Shown here in pieces: positions 1-13,169 of a stretch of DNA of 64,000 nt. The notes below the pieces were generated by a model. The model was not told the origin of the DNA. It did no database searches and worked only from the letters and a program-made list of their open reading frames with translations. The position numbers and the translations under genes were made by a program. Every line of letters begins with the position of its first letter. Positions within the stretch are counted from its first letter, which is position 1. Origin of the DNA: Podarcis gaigeae. Taxonomy: Eukaryota. Location: assembly GCA_964106915.2 (NCBI GenBank), contig OZ066915.1; one strand, 5' to 3'.

Positions 1-204
1 AGTGGGTACAGGTGAATAACTTGGCTTTCCTTTAGGGCTGCTTGCTAAATCCTGCTAGGAAACCACTTTACCATTTCTGGAGTGAGAAATGGGGCCTTTA
101 GAACAAAAAAAGGAAGAAGGTCCTTTTCAGGTTGTAACGGGTACTTGAGACACATCAGTTGTGTGATCGTATCTATTGTGATCAATGTGTTCTTTTTTCC
201 GCAG

Positions 205-687
205 CTGTAGATAGTGACTCGGGCAGAGAAATTGACTGCCAGTTATGTGGTGCCTGGTTTGAAACCAGAAAAGGGCTGTCGAGTCACGCTAGAGCCCACC
301 TGAGACACCTGGGAGTGAGCGATCCAGATGCTAAAGGATCTCCTATTGATGTTTTAAATGATCTCATCAAAAGCGAAGACTTCAAAGGCCGCCCTTCCTC
401 TCTCCTCCATAGCGAGAGAGAAACATTAGGGGAGACTGGGAGCTCTGATGGACCCAGCCCAAAGAGCACAGCTACAGCAGCGCCTGCCACAGGCATGAAA
501 CAAGCACACGCACCAAGGCCTTTGGGCAAACAGCCATCTGTACTCTCACCTCACTCCCCTCCACCATCCAAGAAGTTGAAGCCACATGGCCACAGGTTGT
601 CAGCTGCGGCCAGCCTGCAAAGGAAACAGGGTCTTTCTTCCAGTGCGTACTGGGCAGCAGATGCTGAGATGGCTCCACTCAATCTCT
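205..687 (+). CDS. WIZ: WIZ internal exon (zinc finger, ends APLNL)
   Basis: ttttttccgcag acceptor at 203-204, gtaggt donor at 688; frame of ORF 159..881; phase 1-1, 483 nt. Confidence 0.9.
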
Positions 688-2230
688 GTAGGTTCTATCA
701 GCACTGGCTCCTGTCCCCTCCTCTTCCTCTCCCCCTTCCTAGTCTTGTTTATGTGACATGGAGCTGTACGCTTAGAAATCCAGGCCCCTTGCCATTTCCT
801 GCCACCATGTCCAATAAGCAGCAAAGGGTTGGGGAAGCAAGCATTTTGGCCCACATGCTTTTCTTGCAAAGCTTTTTCTGAAATGTATAATGCAGCTTTC
901 CCAGCTGGCCTGTGCGTGTGCTGAAGTTAACTCTTCCCTGTCCGGGTATTTTCTCCACGTTATCTCTTGCTCCACATGGATGGCATCTCCCTGTCCCAGA
1001 TAGGAGAAGGCTATACAGTTGCTCTTCAGTTAAGAGTATCACAAGACAAGTGTGGATTCAATCTGATCTGCTGCAGATGGAAGGGGAATTAATTAAGCAG
1101 TTTGAAGGGAAGAGTGTGCAATCTTACATAGCCTGAGCCCTTTGGTGGCCATTGGTTTGAAATTGACTGCTGCATTTTTCACAGCACTCATTGGCTTTGT
1201 TTAGCGTCAGCAAAATGCTCAGTACTGATGTGTTTCTACATGGCATTTAATGTCTTAGCAGTTACAGAGCAAGGAAGAAGATTGCTTCTGCCATTTCCAA
1301 TTTTACCAGGGCTTTAAAGTGGCACTGCGACCCATTTCAGAGATGAAGGGGACAACTGCCTCCAGGTGGTGGGATTCCAGCTATTTCCCTCCCTCAGTGC
1401 AGGGAGAGTAGATGAGACCAGTCAAAGTGTGATCTGCATACTGCTGGCTTTAAAGCTGTTAAAATAGCCATGGGCACCCCATATTGAATGGTGTGTTTCA
1501 CCCCTTTGCACTAGCTGTCCTGCATTACCTAAAGGAGGCTGCATGGCTCAAGCTTACGGTGGCAAATACAGAGCACTTGGTGGTTCTTCCCCTGACACAC
1601 ATTGGGAAATGAGTCTTCTCTGAACTTCCTGACAGGGAGAATTAGGGCATTGAATTCTGGGACGGGAAAAGGTATTCAGCATTTCTCATTGTGGGATTTC
1701 CTATTCAGCTGTACAGCAAATGTACTTTCATCCCGACGGGTGGCCCTTCGTTTTGAAGGAGACAGTGGGATCATGGAGAAGAAACTGGCCTTCATGCCCG
1801 ATTCCTTGCACGCACATGATCATCTTCCTTTGAAAGCTTGATCAGGGTGCGAAGGAAAGCACACAGCTTCTGGTATACCTCCTCGCTAATCTCATGACAT
1901 AGGACCAGCCATTCTCAGCATTTTTTATAATTTGGCAGCACCTGCTCTTCACTGTCTCCTGTCATGTATCCAGTGTCCCCTGCTCTGACCACATCCTACC
2001 CCAGCTTTCATGCTTCACAGGGATTGTTGGTGGTTTATTTTTTTTTTTCCTTTGGCCAATCTTGTTAAGGTATCAGCTTTGTCTTGTGTGAAATCCTTGT
2101 GCTATGTGCCTGCTTCATACTGCCTTGTAAGGGAATAACCTAGTTGGTGTCCACGTCACATCCTGCTCCCTGCCCAATCCCTTTTTCAGCCTCTGTAATG
2201 GCCTGTCTCTCCTCTCCTCTTTCTCCTCAG

Positions 2231-2758
2231 CCTCTGGAGCAGAACCTGTGCGGGATATCAGGTGTGAGTTCTGCGGTGAATATTTTGAGAACCGGAAAGG
2301 GCTCTCCAGCCATGCCAGGTCGCACCTCCGCCAGATGGGGGTAACTGAGTGGTATGTGAATGGCTCGCCCATCGACACCCTCCGAGAAATCCTAAAAAGG
2401 CGAGCTCAGCCTCGGACCAGTACCTCCAATTCCCCAGCACAGGGTCAGAAATCACTTGCTCTCTCTGTTCTTGGAGGCTCCCTGGAGTCACGCGGTCCAG
2501 GGGAGAGCCATGTGCCTCCCATGCCTAAGAAGGCACAGCAGCCAGGGAGCCCCTTGGGGCACTCTCCTACCTCTTCTCCCCCAACTGCTAGAAAAATCTT
2601 CCCTGGGCTTTCTTCTCCCTCTTTGCACAAGAAACTGAAACAAGATCAGCTGCGTATGGAAATCAAGCGGGAAATGATGTCTGGGGGACTTCATAATGAT
2701 TCACATCTATCTGATAGAGCTTGGTCACCACGAGAGGAGATGTCCCCACTCAATCTCT
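2231..2758 (+). CDS. WIZ: WIZ internal exon (zinc finger, ends SPLNL)
   Basis: ctttctcctcag acceptor, gtaagt donor at 2759; frame of ORF 2248..2769; 528 nt. Confidence 0.92.
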
Positions 2759-2842
2759 GTAAGTGTTAGCAACAGGGGCTGTATGCATAAGCCTTTGGTG
2801 ATGGGCAAAAATGCATGTTGGAATGGCTGTGAAAGTGAAGAA

Positions 2843-3180
2843 TTATAATATAATAATAATTTATTATTTATACCCCGCCCATCTGGCTGGGCCTCCCCAG
2901 CCACTCTGGGCGGCTTCCATAGAAACCAAAAATACAGTAAAATATCACACAGATGTCTTCTGAATGTCAGGTAGTTGTTTATCGCTTTGACATCTGCTGG
3001 AAGGGCGTTCCACAGGGCGGGCGCCACTACCGAGAAGGCCCTCTGCCTGGTTCCCTGTAGCTTTGCTTCTCGCAATGAGGGAACCGCCAGAAGGCCCTCG
3101 GCACTGGACCTCAGCGTCCGGGCAGAATGATGGGGGTGGAGACGTTCCTTCAGGTATACTGGACCGAGGCCGTTTAGGGT
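2843..3180 (-). mobile_element. L2-type LINE 3' fragment in a WIZ intron
   Basis: Minus strand encodes LNGLGPVYLKERLHPHHSARTLRS and RAFSVVAPALWNALP, typical of the L2 ORF2 C-terminus, followed by GGGCGGGGTATAAATAATAAA and an (ATT)n tail. Confidence 0.85.
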
Positions 3181-3651
3181 GCTGCTGCCTAGTAATCAAG
3201 ATCTCAGGTAGCATCAGCTTTATGCTCATGCATTCCTGCACTGGAGATTCTGAGAGCTTGTGACCATGTTGTATGGATTCCTTGTAAGATTGCTATTAGC
3301 GATTGGGGCCTTAGTACAGTGAGAAACTTTCTGTGTTTCCTCATTAGCAAAATAAATGCAAATATTCAGATACTCCTGTCTCCAAATGTGCAATCACTCT
3401 AGAACTAACAGAGTGTTGAGAAGCATGCTAGCTTCGGGCGTGGAGGACCCAGACCTGGAACCTGTTCAGCCTTTAAATTAAAAGGGTGGCTTATCAGATA
3501 TAAGTGAGATAAGTAGTTCATTTTTTGTGTGTGTGTTTTGAAAAGCACTGCAGAAATAAATAAGAAGGTTGTGAGAGGTGCATGACTGGTTGCTAATTAC
3601 TTGCCTTTGAGTGTAAAGCATTCTCTGTGCATGTTGATTTGTCTTCTGCAG

Positions 3652-4161
3652 CCTCTCGTGCTGACCCCGTGCGGGATATTCGGTGTGAGTTTTGTGGTGA
3701 GTTTTTTGAGAACCGGAAGGGGCTCTCCAGCCATGCCAGATCTCACTTGCGCCAGATGGGAGTAACTGAGTGGTCAGTCAATGGCTCCCCCATCGACACG
3801 CTACGAGAAATCATAAAGAAAAAGAACAAGCCGTGCTTGATAAAGAAAGAGCCAAACACAATGAGCATTGAGCTTCCGCAGCCCATGGGGGAGGATGGAG
3901 CTGATCCTAAATCCCCTGGGAAAATGCTGCAGCCCATGGCCTTGTCCCCGCTGGGCGGGAGGACTGGGAAACCACACCTTGGTCGGGAGGTTAGTCTGTC
4001 ACCACTCAAGTCACCGGAGGGCTTCTTGGCACCACTCTCCACTAAGCGCCCGCTGCCAGATGAGCGGCTGAGCGGCCACAGTGAAGTGAAGCAGAAAACC
4101 TACATCCAGACGGAATTGCCATTCAAAGCCAAGCATGTGCATGACAAGCCCACTCATACAT
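3652..4161 (+). CDS. WIZ: WIZ internal exon (zinc finger)
   Basis: tcttctgcag acceptor, gtaagt donor at 4162; frame of ORF 3627..4208; 510 nt. Confidence 0.92.
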
Positions 4162-4838
4162 GTAAGTGCAACCCCAGAATGGGGGAAGGGATAAGGTTGG
4201 GATCCTGATAAACCTTGGTATTCTATTTCAGGGCCTTCCCTTATGAAATTGAGTTGCTTTCAGGCTTGTTGGGCTGGGAGGGTAGATGCAACAGTGTGCA
4301 TATGGACCTCATATAAAAGGTATTCCACTACAGCCTTTAGAAAAACCTTTTGATGCAAGGCAGTGTCCTGATAGGTAGGGGATTTTTTAACATATAGTGG
4401 GCTTAGAGTTAGCCAACAACCCTGGTGTAGTACGTTGCCTCTTCTCCTTCTCTGGTATCAGCTAGCCTTTATGCGTCCTCTGGCTGGTAGAGAGTTATTT
4501 CATTATCTTTGGGGATTCAAACATTGGGCAAATCAGTAAATGGTGTAAACTTCCATGTCTTCAGCCGTAGGGCCAAAGTGGGCATCTTGCCTACTTATGG
4601 GCAAAGGATTCTGGGGTTTGGTTTACTTGACTTGTGGGCTACAGGTGATGGCAGTGCTTAGAAGTTTCAAAGTGGGCTTTTTGGGCTGTTGGTATTTATG
4701 CCTGAGGATCCTTTGTGGGGAAATAAGAGTAGTGCCATGGAGCAAATAAGTCCTGGTGCTCTACACTTGAACTGTTACTGCTTAAGTCCTTTACTGAAGG
4801 TTTTGCTCAGTCTAGCTCCCTGCCATTTCTGCTCCCAG

Positions 4839-5294
4839 CCACCGAAGCCTGCTGTGAACTGTGTGGCCTCTACTTTGAGAACCGCAAGGCGCTGGCCAGC
4901 CATGCTCGTGCGCACCTCAGGCAGTTTGGAGTGACTGAATGGTGTGTGAACGGCTCCCCAATCGAGACTTTGAGTGAGTGGATCAAGCATCGTCCCCAGA
5001 AAGCCGGAGCTTATCGCAGCTACATCCAAGGTGGGCGGCCCTTCACCAAAAAGTTCCGCAATGCATCTCACGTGCGCGACAACGATGCTTCTGGGAAGAG
5101 GGCTCCCCTGAGCCTGCAGGCAGGCAGCCCTCCACTGGCGAACAGAAGCCTCGGTGGGGAGATAGTGCCCAGTGAGCCTAGCAAAGCTGTGGATGGTGGC
5201 AGTGGCGGTGGCGGCAATGGCAGTGATCGACCTGCAGTCACGTCACCTCTGTCGCTGGTAAAGATGGAGGAGCATCAGCAGCATAACATAAACA
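4839..5294 (+). CDS. WIZ: WIZ internal exon (STEACCELCGLYFENRKALASHARAHLRQFGVTEW finger)
   Basis: ttctgctcccag acceptor, gtgagt donor at 5295; frame of ORF 4931..5416; 456 nt. Confidence 0.92.
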
Positions 5295-5746
5295 GTGAGT
5301 CATTCTCCCAGATTTTCAACACAGGGCCCATCTGGGTACAAGGCTTTCTGGGCAGTCGGGAGGCCTTCTTGAGGCGGCGGCTGTATCTTCCTGGGGGGTG
5401 GGAGTGGTGGCAGTGAATGTTCAGGCACCAATTTAATTTCTCAGTATTCCCAAATTATTCATTGGCCCCAATGCTTTGGGTAGCTTCACCTTTGGCCTCA
5501 GAGAAATTCCTCAACAGATTGGCAAGTAAAGTTCTTAGTCATGGGGAGACGTTCAGCATGACAATGCTATTCGTGTAGCTTCCCCACTCTCCCGCATGAC
5601 TTCTAGACTTTCTCCTGCCCCACCTTTCTTTTCTTCATAAAAATGTTTTCACAAATTTCCTTTTTCATTCCAAATACATCACAGCCAATGCTGTTTGCTA
5701 TATCCCAGCATCCTTTCCGAAACAAATTTCCCCCCCTGTTCACTAG

Positions 5747-5939
5747 AGTTTGAGCGGAGGCAGGCCAAGCCCGTTGAGGCTCCTCCACCTCGAGAAGAGG
5801 AGATTGCTGATCTGCAGCAGAAGGTGGAAGAGGTCCGCCAGCCACCTCCCAGAGTGAGACCTGTGCCCTCCTTGGTTCCTAGGCCACCACAGACCTCCTT
5901 GGTGAAGTTTGTGGGCAACATCTACACGCTGAAGTGCAG
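5747..5939 (+). CDS. WIZ: WIZ penultimate coding exon (KFERRQAK...IYTLKC)
   Basis: cactag acceptor, CAG|gtttgt donor; frame of ORF 5695..5958. Confidence 0.9.
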
Positions 5940-6199
5940 GTTTGTTCCATTTTGCTAACCCCCTTTTCTGCAGTGAAATTTGAATGGCTTTATAGTGTGG
6001 GCAGTTTGCTCTTAAACCTATTATAGGCAACAATCTTCTTGTACCTGGCCTCTTGGAGACAGGGCAAGAGATGGGCAGGCAGCCTCAATTCCCACACACC
6101 CCTTTCCCACATTCTACTTTTAGAGGGTTTCCCTGTGGGCTTTGAGATGAGCAAATCTTCAGCTTGGTTCAAATAGACTTTTGTGTTCTCTTTGTGCAG

Positions 6200-6356
6200 G
6201 TTCTGCGAAGTGGAGTTCCAGGGACCCCTCTCCATCCAAGAGGAGTGGGTGCGGCACCTCCAGCGCCACATCTTGGAGACTAACTTCTCCAAGGCCGATG
6301 CTTTGCGAAGTGGGACCGATGTGCCTGCGGCACCACCTGTAGCCGAGGCCCAGTAG
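6200..6356 (+). CDS. WIZ: WIZ last coding exon ([27 protein letters not shown]...AEAQ*)
   Basis: ttctctttgtgcag acceptor; completes the terminal zinc finger; TAG 6354-6356. Confidence 0.92.
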
Positions 6357-7593
6357 CAAAGCTCTTAGGAAGCACCAGCATTCCAGGGTTTCTCTCTTAC
6401 CTTTCCAAATGAACAAGATTAATGGTTATCAGAATGAGGGTGAAAGCAGTATTTGACATACCCCCCCCCCCCCGTGCTCCACAGCTTTGCCCGCCTGTAA
6501 ACTTAACTTGGATTTTGGGTGGGGCGGAGAGTTCGCAGGAACAGTCCCAGAGTTTGAGCACTAAATTAACGATGCTGTTTTTAATGGAGATGCTCCTTTT
6601 TGATGGAAATGGTATTCCAAACTGGAGCTCGCTTTTATCTGCACAAAAGCAAAACGGAAATTTCCTTGTCCTTTCAGTGAATGCAGGTTTCTCCAAAGAC
6701 ACACACTTGTTACAGGGAGGAAACATGGACTTGCTCTGTTGCAGTTCAGGCTGTGAGAGATGTGATGGTGAGAATTGTGAATATGAGGTTCTAGTGAAAG
6801 TTGTGAACATGAGGATTTGTTTGAGGTCAGACACAAGCAAGTTGGGAGGGTAGACACAGAGCACTTTGTTCTGTGGGGAAAGCTGTTGATTCTGTATGTG
6901 ACTCTAGAGTTAATGTATGTTTGACTCCTTAGGTGACAAGTCTTTAGTTTCTGTAGACGTTGGATCCTGTTGTGCATGTTCACGTTCCCTAACTGTGTGA
7001 TGGAGGGCCTCAGTCCCACCTGCATTGAAGGGGAAATCATGGACTCTTTGACCCATATACATTTCCCCTTTCCATAACTTCCCAATGTCACCTGGTTATC
7101 CCCATCTGTTTCATGTGGGACCCTGTAGGGAATTCAGCTCTGCCACATTTTGGCAAAGGAATATGGATTTTTCCTGTCTTTAGCCTTGGGCTGAAGAATG
7201 GGTAATGATGTCCCATAGATAACCTCTGCCTGAAATCAGGGATGACATGTCCTTCTGGACAAGCAAGTCCTTTCCTAGGGTACCTGAAGAGTTTGGACTT
7301 CTTGCGGGTGGAGGGCCTCTATGTTTCTCCTTTTTAGCAAGAACTTGGTGCAGTTCCCAAACCAGCAACAGTAGGTCCTACTGGAATTTCTGCTTTCCTG
7401 TTATTTCTCACTGTTGCTGTCCTCGTCTCTCTTCATAGAACCTCAACTTTTTAAACTCTAGTTTTGTGTAGAAATAACAAGCATTCATTTTTATTTGGAT
7501 CCCAGGCTGAGCAGAGTCTGGAGGCAAATTACCTTTTAACTTTTTCAATGGGCATATTCTGGTTATTACTGTACCTAGGAATATGTATATTAG

Positions 7594-10052
7594 ATTAAAC
7601 CTGTTCTGGAAACAAAAGCAGAATCCTGAGTGTGTGCTTTTCGGGTTGTATACTTACGTGGAAGGTGGAGAATGTGTTGTGGTTTCTATAGAGAGGTGCC
7701 CCAAGAGCTGCCAGTGGATGTGGAAGCTGTTTCCTGGAGAAACCTTAGGCTGTATCACTCCAGGATAAACTGAAACTAGCAGACTCACTGTCTTGGTAAG
7801 GTGTACTTTAAAAGTGTATTGGTGTATAAGCTTTTTTAAAAAATTGCTTTAGTTTTCCCTGTGTTTAATGTATTTCCCACATCTCACCTCATCTCTGGCA
7901 ATACAGTCTGAGCCCCAACGCATACAGGACTTATGTAGAACAGATACTGAAATCCTTGTATCAAAGTGTGTCATCACTGTTGCGGGCGCCTATTCTGCCA
8001 TGTACAACTTCTTCCTCTGTTTCTGATTTTTAAAACAATCTCTTTTTATTCTTCGGTCTCCCATAGCAGGCTGAGCAGCAGTCATGTTATGAAACCAAAG
8101 TCACAACTCTAAGCTTTTTTTATTCAGCGCCTATAATACAGAAGAATGTCCCAGCACAAGACAGTGTAACAGCATCACCATATGTCGCAGTGGGTTCCTC
8201 TTAGACCAAAGCAGGGGTTTAAACCTTTGTTTCAGTCCAGGCATCCCGTATAAAGGTATGTGGAAATCTTGCAGCACAGAATGATGCATTGGTGAGCAAA
8301 TTCCTCACCATATATAACTGGGCCAGTTTCCAGAGCAGGGACTAATATGACAATATAGTTCCAAACATTACATAACTCCCTGTGCTAAGAGCTGCCTTCC
8401 CAAAACACTGTGTGGAGGGTGTTATTATACCTGCCACTACTTTAAATTAAAGGGTAGCAATAGCACCATAGCTTTCCAGCCAGCTTCATTCTGACTGTCC
8501 TGAAAAATGGAAGGAGAAGTGGGTAGCACAGTGTATCTTGCATGCAACCCATCCCTATTGCTTTCTTTTAATCAAAGGCCATGAAGGATGCATGCATAGT
8601 TGATTCTGCCTTGTTTCCATTGCCTCTCCCATCCGAGATGTGTTCTTCCTTAGCATCATATCTGATTGAAAAGTATTCCATGAGAGTGGTAGCAGGGAAA
8701 TGCTGCTTGGCAGCTACCATGTGCCAAATACTATCCATGTTCCCCCTGTCTATTAACTACCAGGGAAGCATTACACCTCTGCTTTTCATTGTACAGTGGC
8801 TTTCACTTCTAAGTGCATTAAAGGCAACTGAAAGCCTCTAGCTTAAATAATTGGCTGCTTGGTTCAAATCAATATGTATAATCCAGCTCTCCCTTAACCC
8901 CTTAGGATTGTCAGGACAGAGTGCTGCAGTGACCTTAGTCACCCCAACAGATTTGCCTCTAAGGCAGTCTAGTGACAGCGTCCATTAGGCATCTTGTCTC
9001 CTGACCAGGCTGCGTAGTACACCTGTCTCCTCTACCTGATCTGATCTCTACCTTCACCTCCTGATCTGAGATACCGTCCCTCCTGCATACAACTCCTGAT
9101 CCTAAACATTGTGAAATTTATTCAGAGTTTCCTCTATGATTGGACCCTTTGTGTGTCTCATCTCAAGTCACTTAGCCTTCCTTCAAGTTCTTCATTGTCA
9201 TTCGCTTCCCAACTGTGAGCCTTACCTTCAGCATTGTAGCCTCAGGCCTCCCTATTCCTCAGATTCCTTGTATCTTGGGACTTCTGCTACTACCTGTCCT
9301 GAAGAGAGTTCTACTTTCCTCCAAACTGACAACATTCCCCTTCCTTACAGAAGTAGCAATGCAAGCTATTTGGTTCCTTGAACAACTGGAATTGTATGCC
9401 GCCACATTAACCCAACCAATTAATGCGTGAGGTTTCACTGCCTAAAGCACAATATAATCAGTTTGGTTAAGCACTTGCGGTTTTTTTAATCTACTGATAG
9501 GTTCCCCAGTAAATTGGTTAGCAGACTGTGAGGGGAAAAGTGATACTTTTAATAATTAGCTTAGAACTGCAGGCAGCAAGCACCATTTTATAAGAAGCAT
9601 TCTCCCTTATGACCAGAAAGAATGCTTCTTTTAAGATGCTTGATATCATGTATGTGTGCATCATCTTTAAAACAAAGCATGCTTTTTGGTTCAGGGATAT
9701 ATATATTTTTACAAATATGCAAATTTTCATTAATTGATTTAATCAAGTAAAACTTGTATAGCCAATTAGTTTACATTTATTTAATTGGGTTGCATTTGCA
9801 ACTTTGGAATCTTTCAAATTGATTCCTCCCTTTTGCCAGTACTCTTGATATTCTTTTTTTTTTGGAGTTGAGCCAACTATGTGTTCTTTTGAAAGGGCCT
9901 GCCTCACTAATAAAGTTTGATGTTCCAGTAGGCACCCTCCTGTTAGAGGGTGGTTTTTTTTGGTAATTATTATACAAGCTGCCCTTTATTATGTTTGTTC
10001 CAAGAGGCATTGCATTCAACCTTTTATCAAATTATCTGTAGATGGGAATAAA
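7594..10052 (+). terminator. Candidate WIZ polyadenylation signals: ATTAAA 7594-7599, AATAAA 9909-9914 and 10047-10052
   Basis: Hexamers downstream of the WIZ stop, some with U/GU-rich flanks; usage cannot be determined from sequence. Confidence 0.4.
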
Positions 10053-10399
10053 ACTCTTGAATGCCTTATCTTAAAGGGGCAAAGCCCATGAATTATGCAG
10101 ATTTAAATAGTTGAGAAGGGAGATCACAGGGAAATATGGAATTTTCTGTGAGATAGTTCAGGACCACATTTTTTTCTGGAAAGGCATAGTCTGTGCTACT
10201 TACAGGTGTGGGGGCAGAGAAGTTAAAGCATTATGTTTGTTTAGCCAGGGAACATTATGCTCATTCTGTCCCTGCAATCAGATATTGATATAGCCTGTTT
10301 CAGACCATTTCCAATGGGTCTTTAATAACAATTTCACCCTCAATTGCACCGTAAAATGTTGGACATGATGTTTCCATTTTCTCCAATCTTCAAACAAAG

Positions 10400-10510
10400 G
10401 AACAGACATAGGAAACTGACTTAGACTGAGACCATCTAGCTCAGTAGTGTTGTCTGCCAGGATAAACTTGGAACCTTTTGCAGGCAAAGCAGATGCTCTA
10501 CCACAAGCTA
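10400..10510 (-). mobile_element. Degenerate tRNA-derived SINE
   Basis: Minus strand tagcttgtggtagagcatctgctttg...ggttccaag resembles a tRNA A/B-box head; related copies at about 38845-38960, 44555-44757 and 59133-59306. Confidence 0.5.
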
Positions 10511-13016
10511 ACATTGTGATATGAATGTTGCGTTTTTTCTCATCTTGTTAAATGAAGTAAAAACAAGGGTGTTAACTGATGTAGAGTAGTGGTTCATGCT
10601 GCATTGTGGCATGGTAGGAGACAATGTTAATATCACACTCTAGCAACTTACATGATTAGCTATACTTGGAAATCAAACTCCTTAATGAGTCTGTGACAAG
10701 GTCTTGGGTTTTTTGCTAAGGCTTGTACTTTTTCAGAAATCTGAGAATATCCCTTCCCAGTTGTCCTGATGGAGATAAAGATCTTCAGTGAGACCTTAGC
10801 TTAAGCCCTCTTCAACACTAAAAGACCCACATACTCAAGAGGCTCTGCTCTTCTTTGGGTGCAGGAAATTTCATCAAGGATGCCACACTCCTGGAACAGT
10901 AGAGTACTTCACCTGGGAGAAAAATTCCTTGTAGGGTGAAGCTAGAGGCTCGTAGACACAATACTGTACAAATTTCTGCTATAATCTACATTAATGGAAT
11001 AAAAGATGAACATAAACCAAGGGACAAGGAATGACTTGCTTGGTCTACTCCACTGGAGTCAGGCCATTATGGCATTTGCAGCAGCTCTGAGACCCTGCAG
11101 GAGAAGGATGAAACAAAAACATGTTCATACTAATGGAGCCATGAGGCAGGAGATCTTGCAACAGCTTAAACATAGGCCAATTTGTTTTTAAAGCTTTAGG
11201 AATTACTATTTTCTTCAGCACACCAAGGACAATATAAGGGCTGAGTGAATGAAATAGTTTCAAACAATTTAAGGCAATGCATGAATTTCTTAGTTCACTG
11301 TTGATACTTGGCTGTACAGAAGAGGATGAAGTTGGGTTTTGTAGAAAAGAGTTGAAATTGGCACAGCCTACTAAAATACAAGGTAAAGGTGCTAGCATGT
11401 ATGATTGGCACCACTGCTGGAACGCAATTCTAATCTAGTAATGTAAAACAATTATCAGAGTCTACACTGAAAGGATTAAAGTCAGGAAATCTGCCCCATA
11501 AAGAAAGCCACCAGTAGACTGATAATGTAAGTAAAGCAGGATTTTGTTTAAAAACAAAATACCAGTATATGAGAGATTGCTTCATACTATGGCTCAAGCC
11601 TAGAGCATACTCAGAAGTTTAGGATCACAAGCAGGGCATCCAACAGCTCAAATCATGCCATGCCAACTAATGGATTCTTGGAAAGTCATGATCTAGAGTG
11701 TGTTACTTACCCAGGGCTGCTTAATAGTGCCTACAAAAGTGCCTTTGCTATGAGTATTAGCATCATGTGGTAGATGTTTTATTCTTGCCCTCAGCATTAT
11801 TCTGTATGTGCAAGCTGGTGCGAATGAGACACTGGTAAAATCTATTCAATTTGTCCTTTTTTTAATAACAAGTGCCTGTAAGCAGAATAACTATTTTTGC
11901 CTGTGGCAACATTCATAAATCAAATTGCGCCATCAAGCAGTTATCCACTTTGTAGTTTAATCTTTTGTCAGTTCCTCTATTCTGACCTTCTGGTGTCCAA
12001 TTTTTGAGTTTATGAAGGAAACCTAGTAACTATATTTTAAATGTCTAATCCAAGAAGCTGAGATGGTTCCAGTACTAGCTATGAAGCACCAAGCATTTTC
12101 AAATATGGTGGCAAAAAGGAACCCTCTCTGGTGTAGCTAAGTCCATAGCATTTTAGCTTTAGATGTTTATTAGCAATTGGAAATCCAGCTGTTATGCAAA
12201 TATTACTTTTAATTATCAAATATTTATGGGTTAAAATCATAGAGTTAGAGGAGACCATCTCTCTGTTCTTCATATTTCTCTGAAAATTAAAAGGCAGACA
12301 CTTTGCCAAGGGCTTATGTTCAAGATAAAGTACAGTACTGATTGACTAAGTGTTGGTTCTAATTCAGAATAATCAGACATGGTGTAATATATATAACTAT
12401 ACATTATCAAAGGTGATAAGTGTTCAAAACACTTGGTTTCAATAATGTAATCTTGCAAGATAGGCTGATATTCATATATTACAACTGTAGCTCTGAGGTG
12501 AAGCAAGAGCCAAGGAGTGAATTCATGGCTGAGGTTAGAAACAACTGTGATATTGCAGCTTGCCGCTCACCGCTTCAGGCAACTCACTTTCCATTTGAAT
12601 CTTATTCAAACCAGAATCTCTCTTCAAATGCTTTCTCTTCTAGAAAAGAATACTGCATTGCAGCAACCATAACTTAAAAGTGTAATGGGATGGTGGCAAG
12701 AGGACTTTTACCTAACCTCTGATAATTAATTCCTTCATGGAAGAAAGTGGCCAATATTCAAGGTGTTTGGTATTCTGAACCTCATTAGTGAAGAAGCACC
12801 AGCTTCCACGCTGGGGGGCATTGGTTTGCATAGCTCTGTTTTTACCACCTTTTCAGCACCTTTAGCCCTGTCTTCATCCCGTTAGTGTCTGTCGGTAAGG
12901 TCCAGTTTGATACGATGCAGGTGGTTGCACTGGCTCCACCAGTTGCATTGGCGGGCTGTCAAATCATTATTATTTTGTGTGTGGGTGAGAGGGAAATCTG
13001 ACCTGATCTTTCTTTT

Positions 13017-13017
<1 letters not shown>

Positions 13018-13068
<51 letters not shown>
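13018..13068. repeat. (TCTA)n microsatellite
   Basis: About 12 tandem tcta units seen directly. Confidence 0.95.
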
Positions 13069-13069
<1 letters not shown>

Positions 13070-13169
13070 TAGAAGAAACCGTTTATGTGCTCGATCGCAC
13101 ACTGATGTTTTTCACTGAGATGAGCACAGGTGCTACATCAAACTTTACATTTGGGGAAGCAGGCTACAC

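Larger units (their letters stand above)
205..6356 (+). other. WIZ: WIZ gene, 3' part (C2H2 zinc-finger protein, G9a/GLP and CtBP partner); CDS join 205-687, 2231-2758, 3652-4161, 4839-5294, 5747-5939, 6200-6356; 5' exons lie upstream of the window
   Basis: Repeated C2H2 fingers CxxCG.xFE.RKGLSSHAR.HLR..GV..W.VNGSPIDTL, PLNL(S) motifs and a C-terminal [42 protein letters not shown] segment recognised as WIZ; all introns GT-AG with consistent phases; adjacent to AKAP8L as in other amniotes. Confidence 0.95.

Noticed and set aside
2144-2344. Upstream duplicate acceptor (ttttcag|cctctg at 2189) for the WIZ exon
   Set aside because: It adds 41 nt, shifts the frame to a stop at 2342-2344 and has no homology support
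6397-7091. Overlapping 143-176 aa ORFs after the WIZ stop
   Set aside because: They lie in the presumed 3' UTR on both strands with no domain features; consistent with chance
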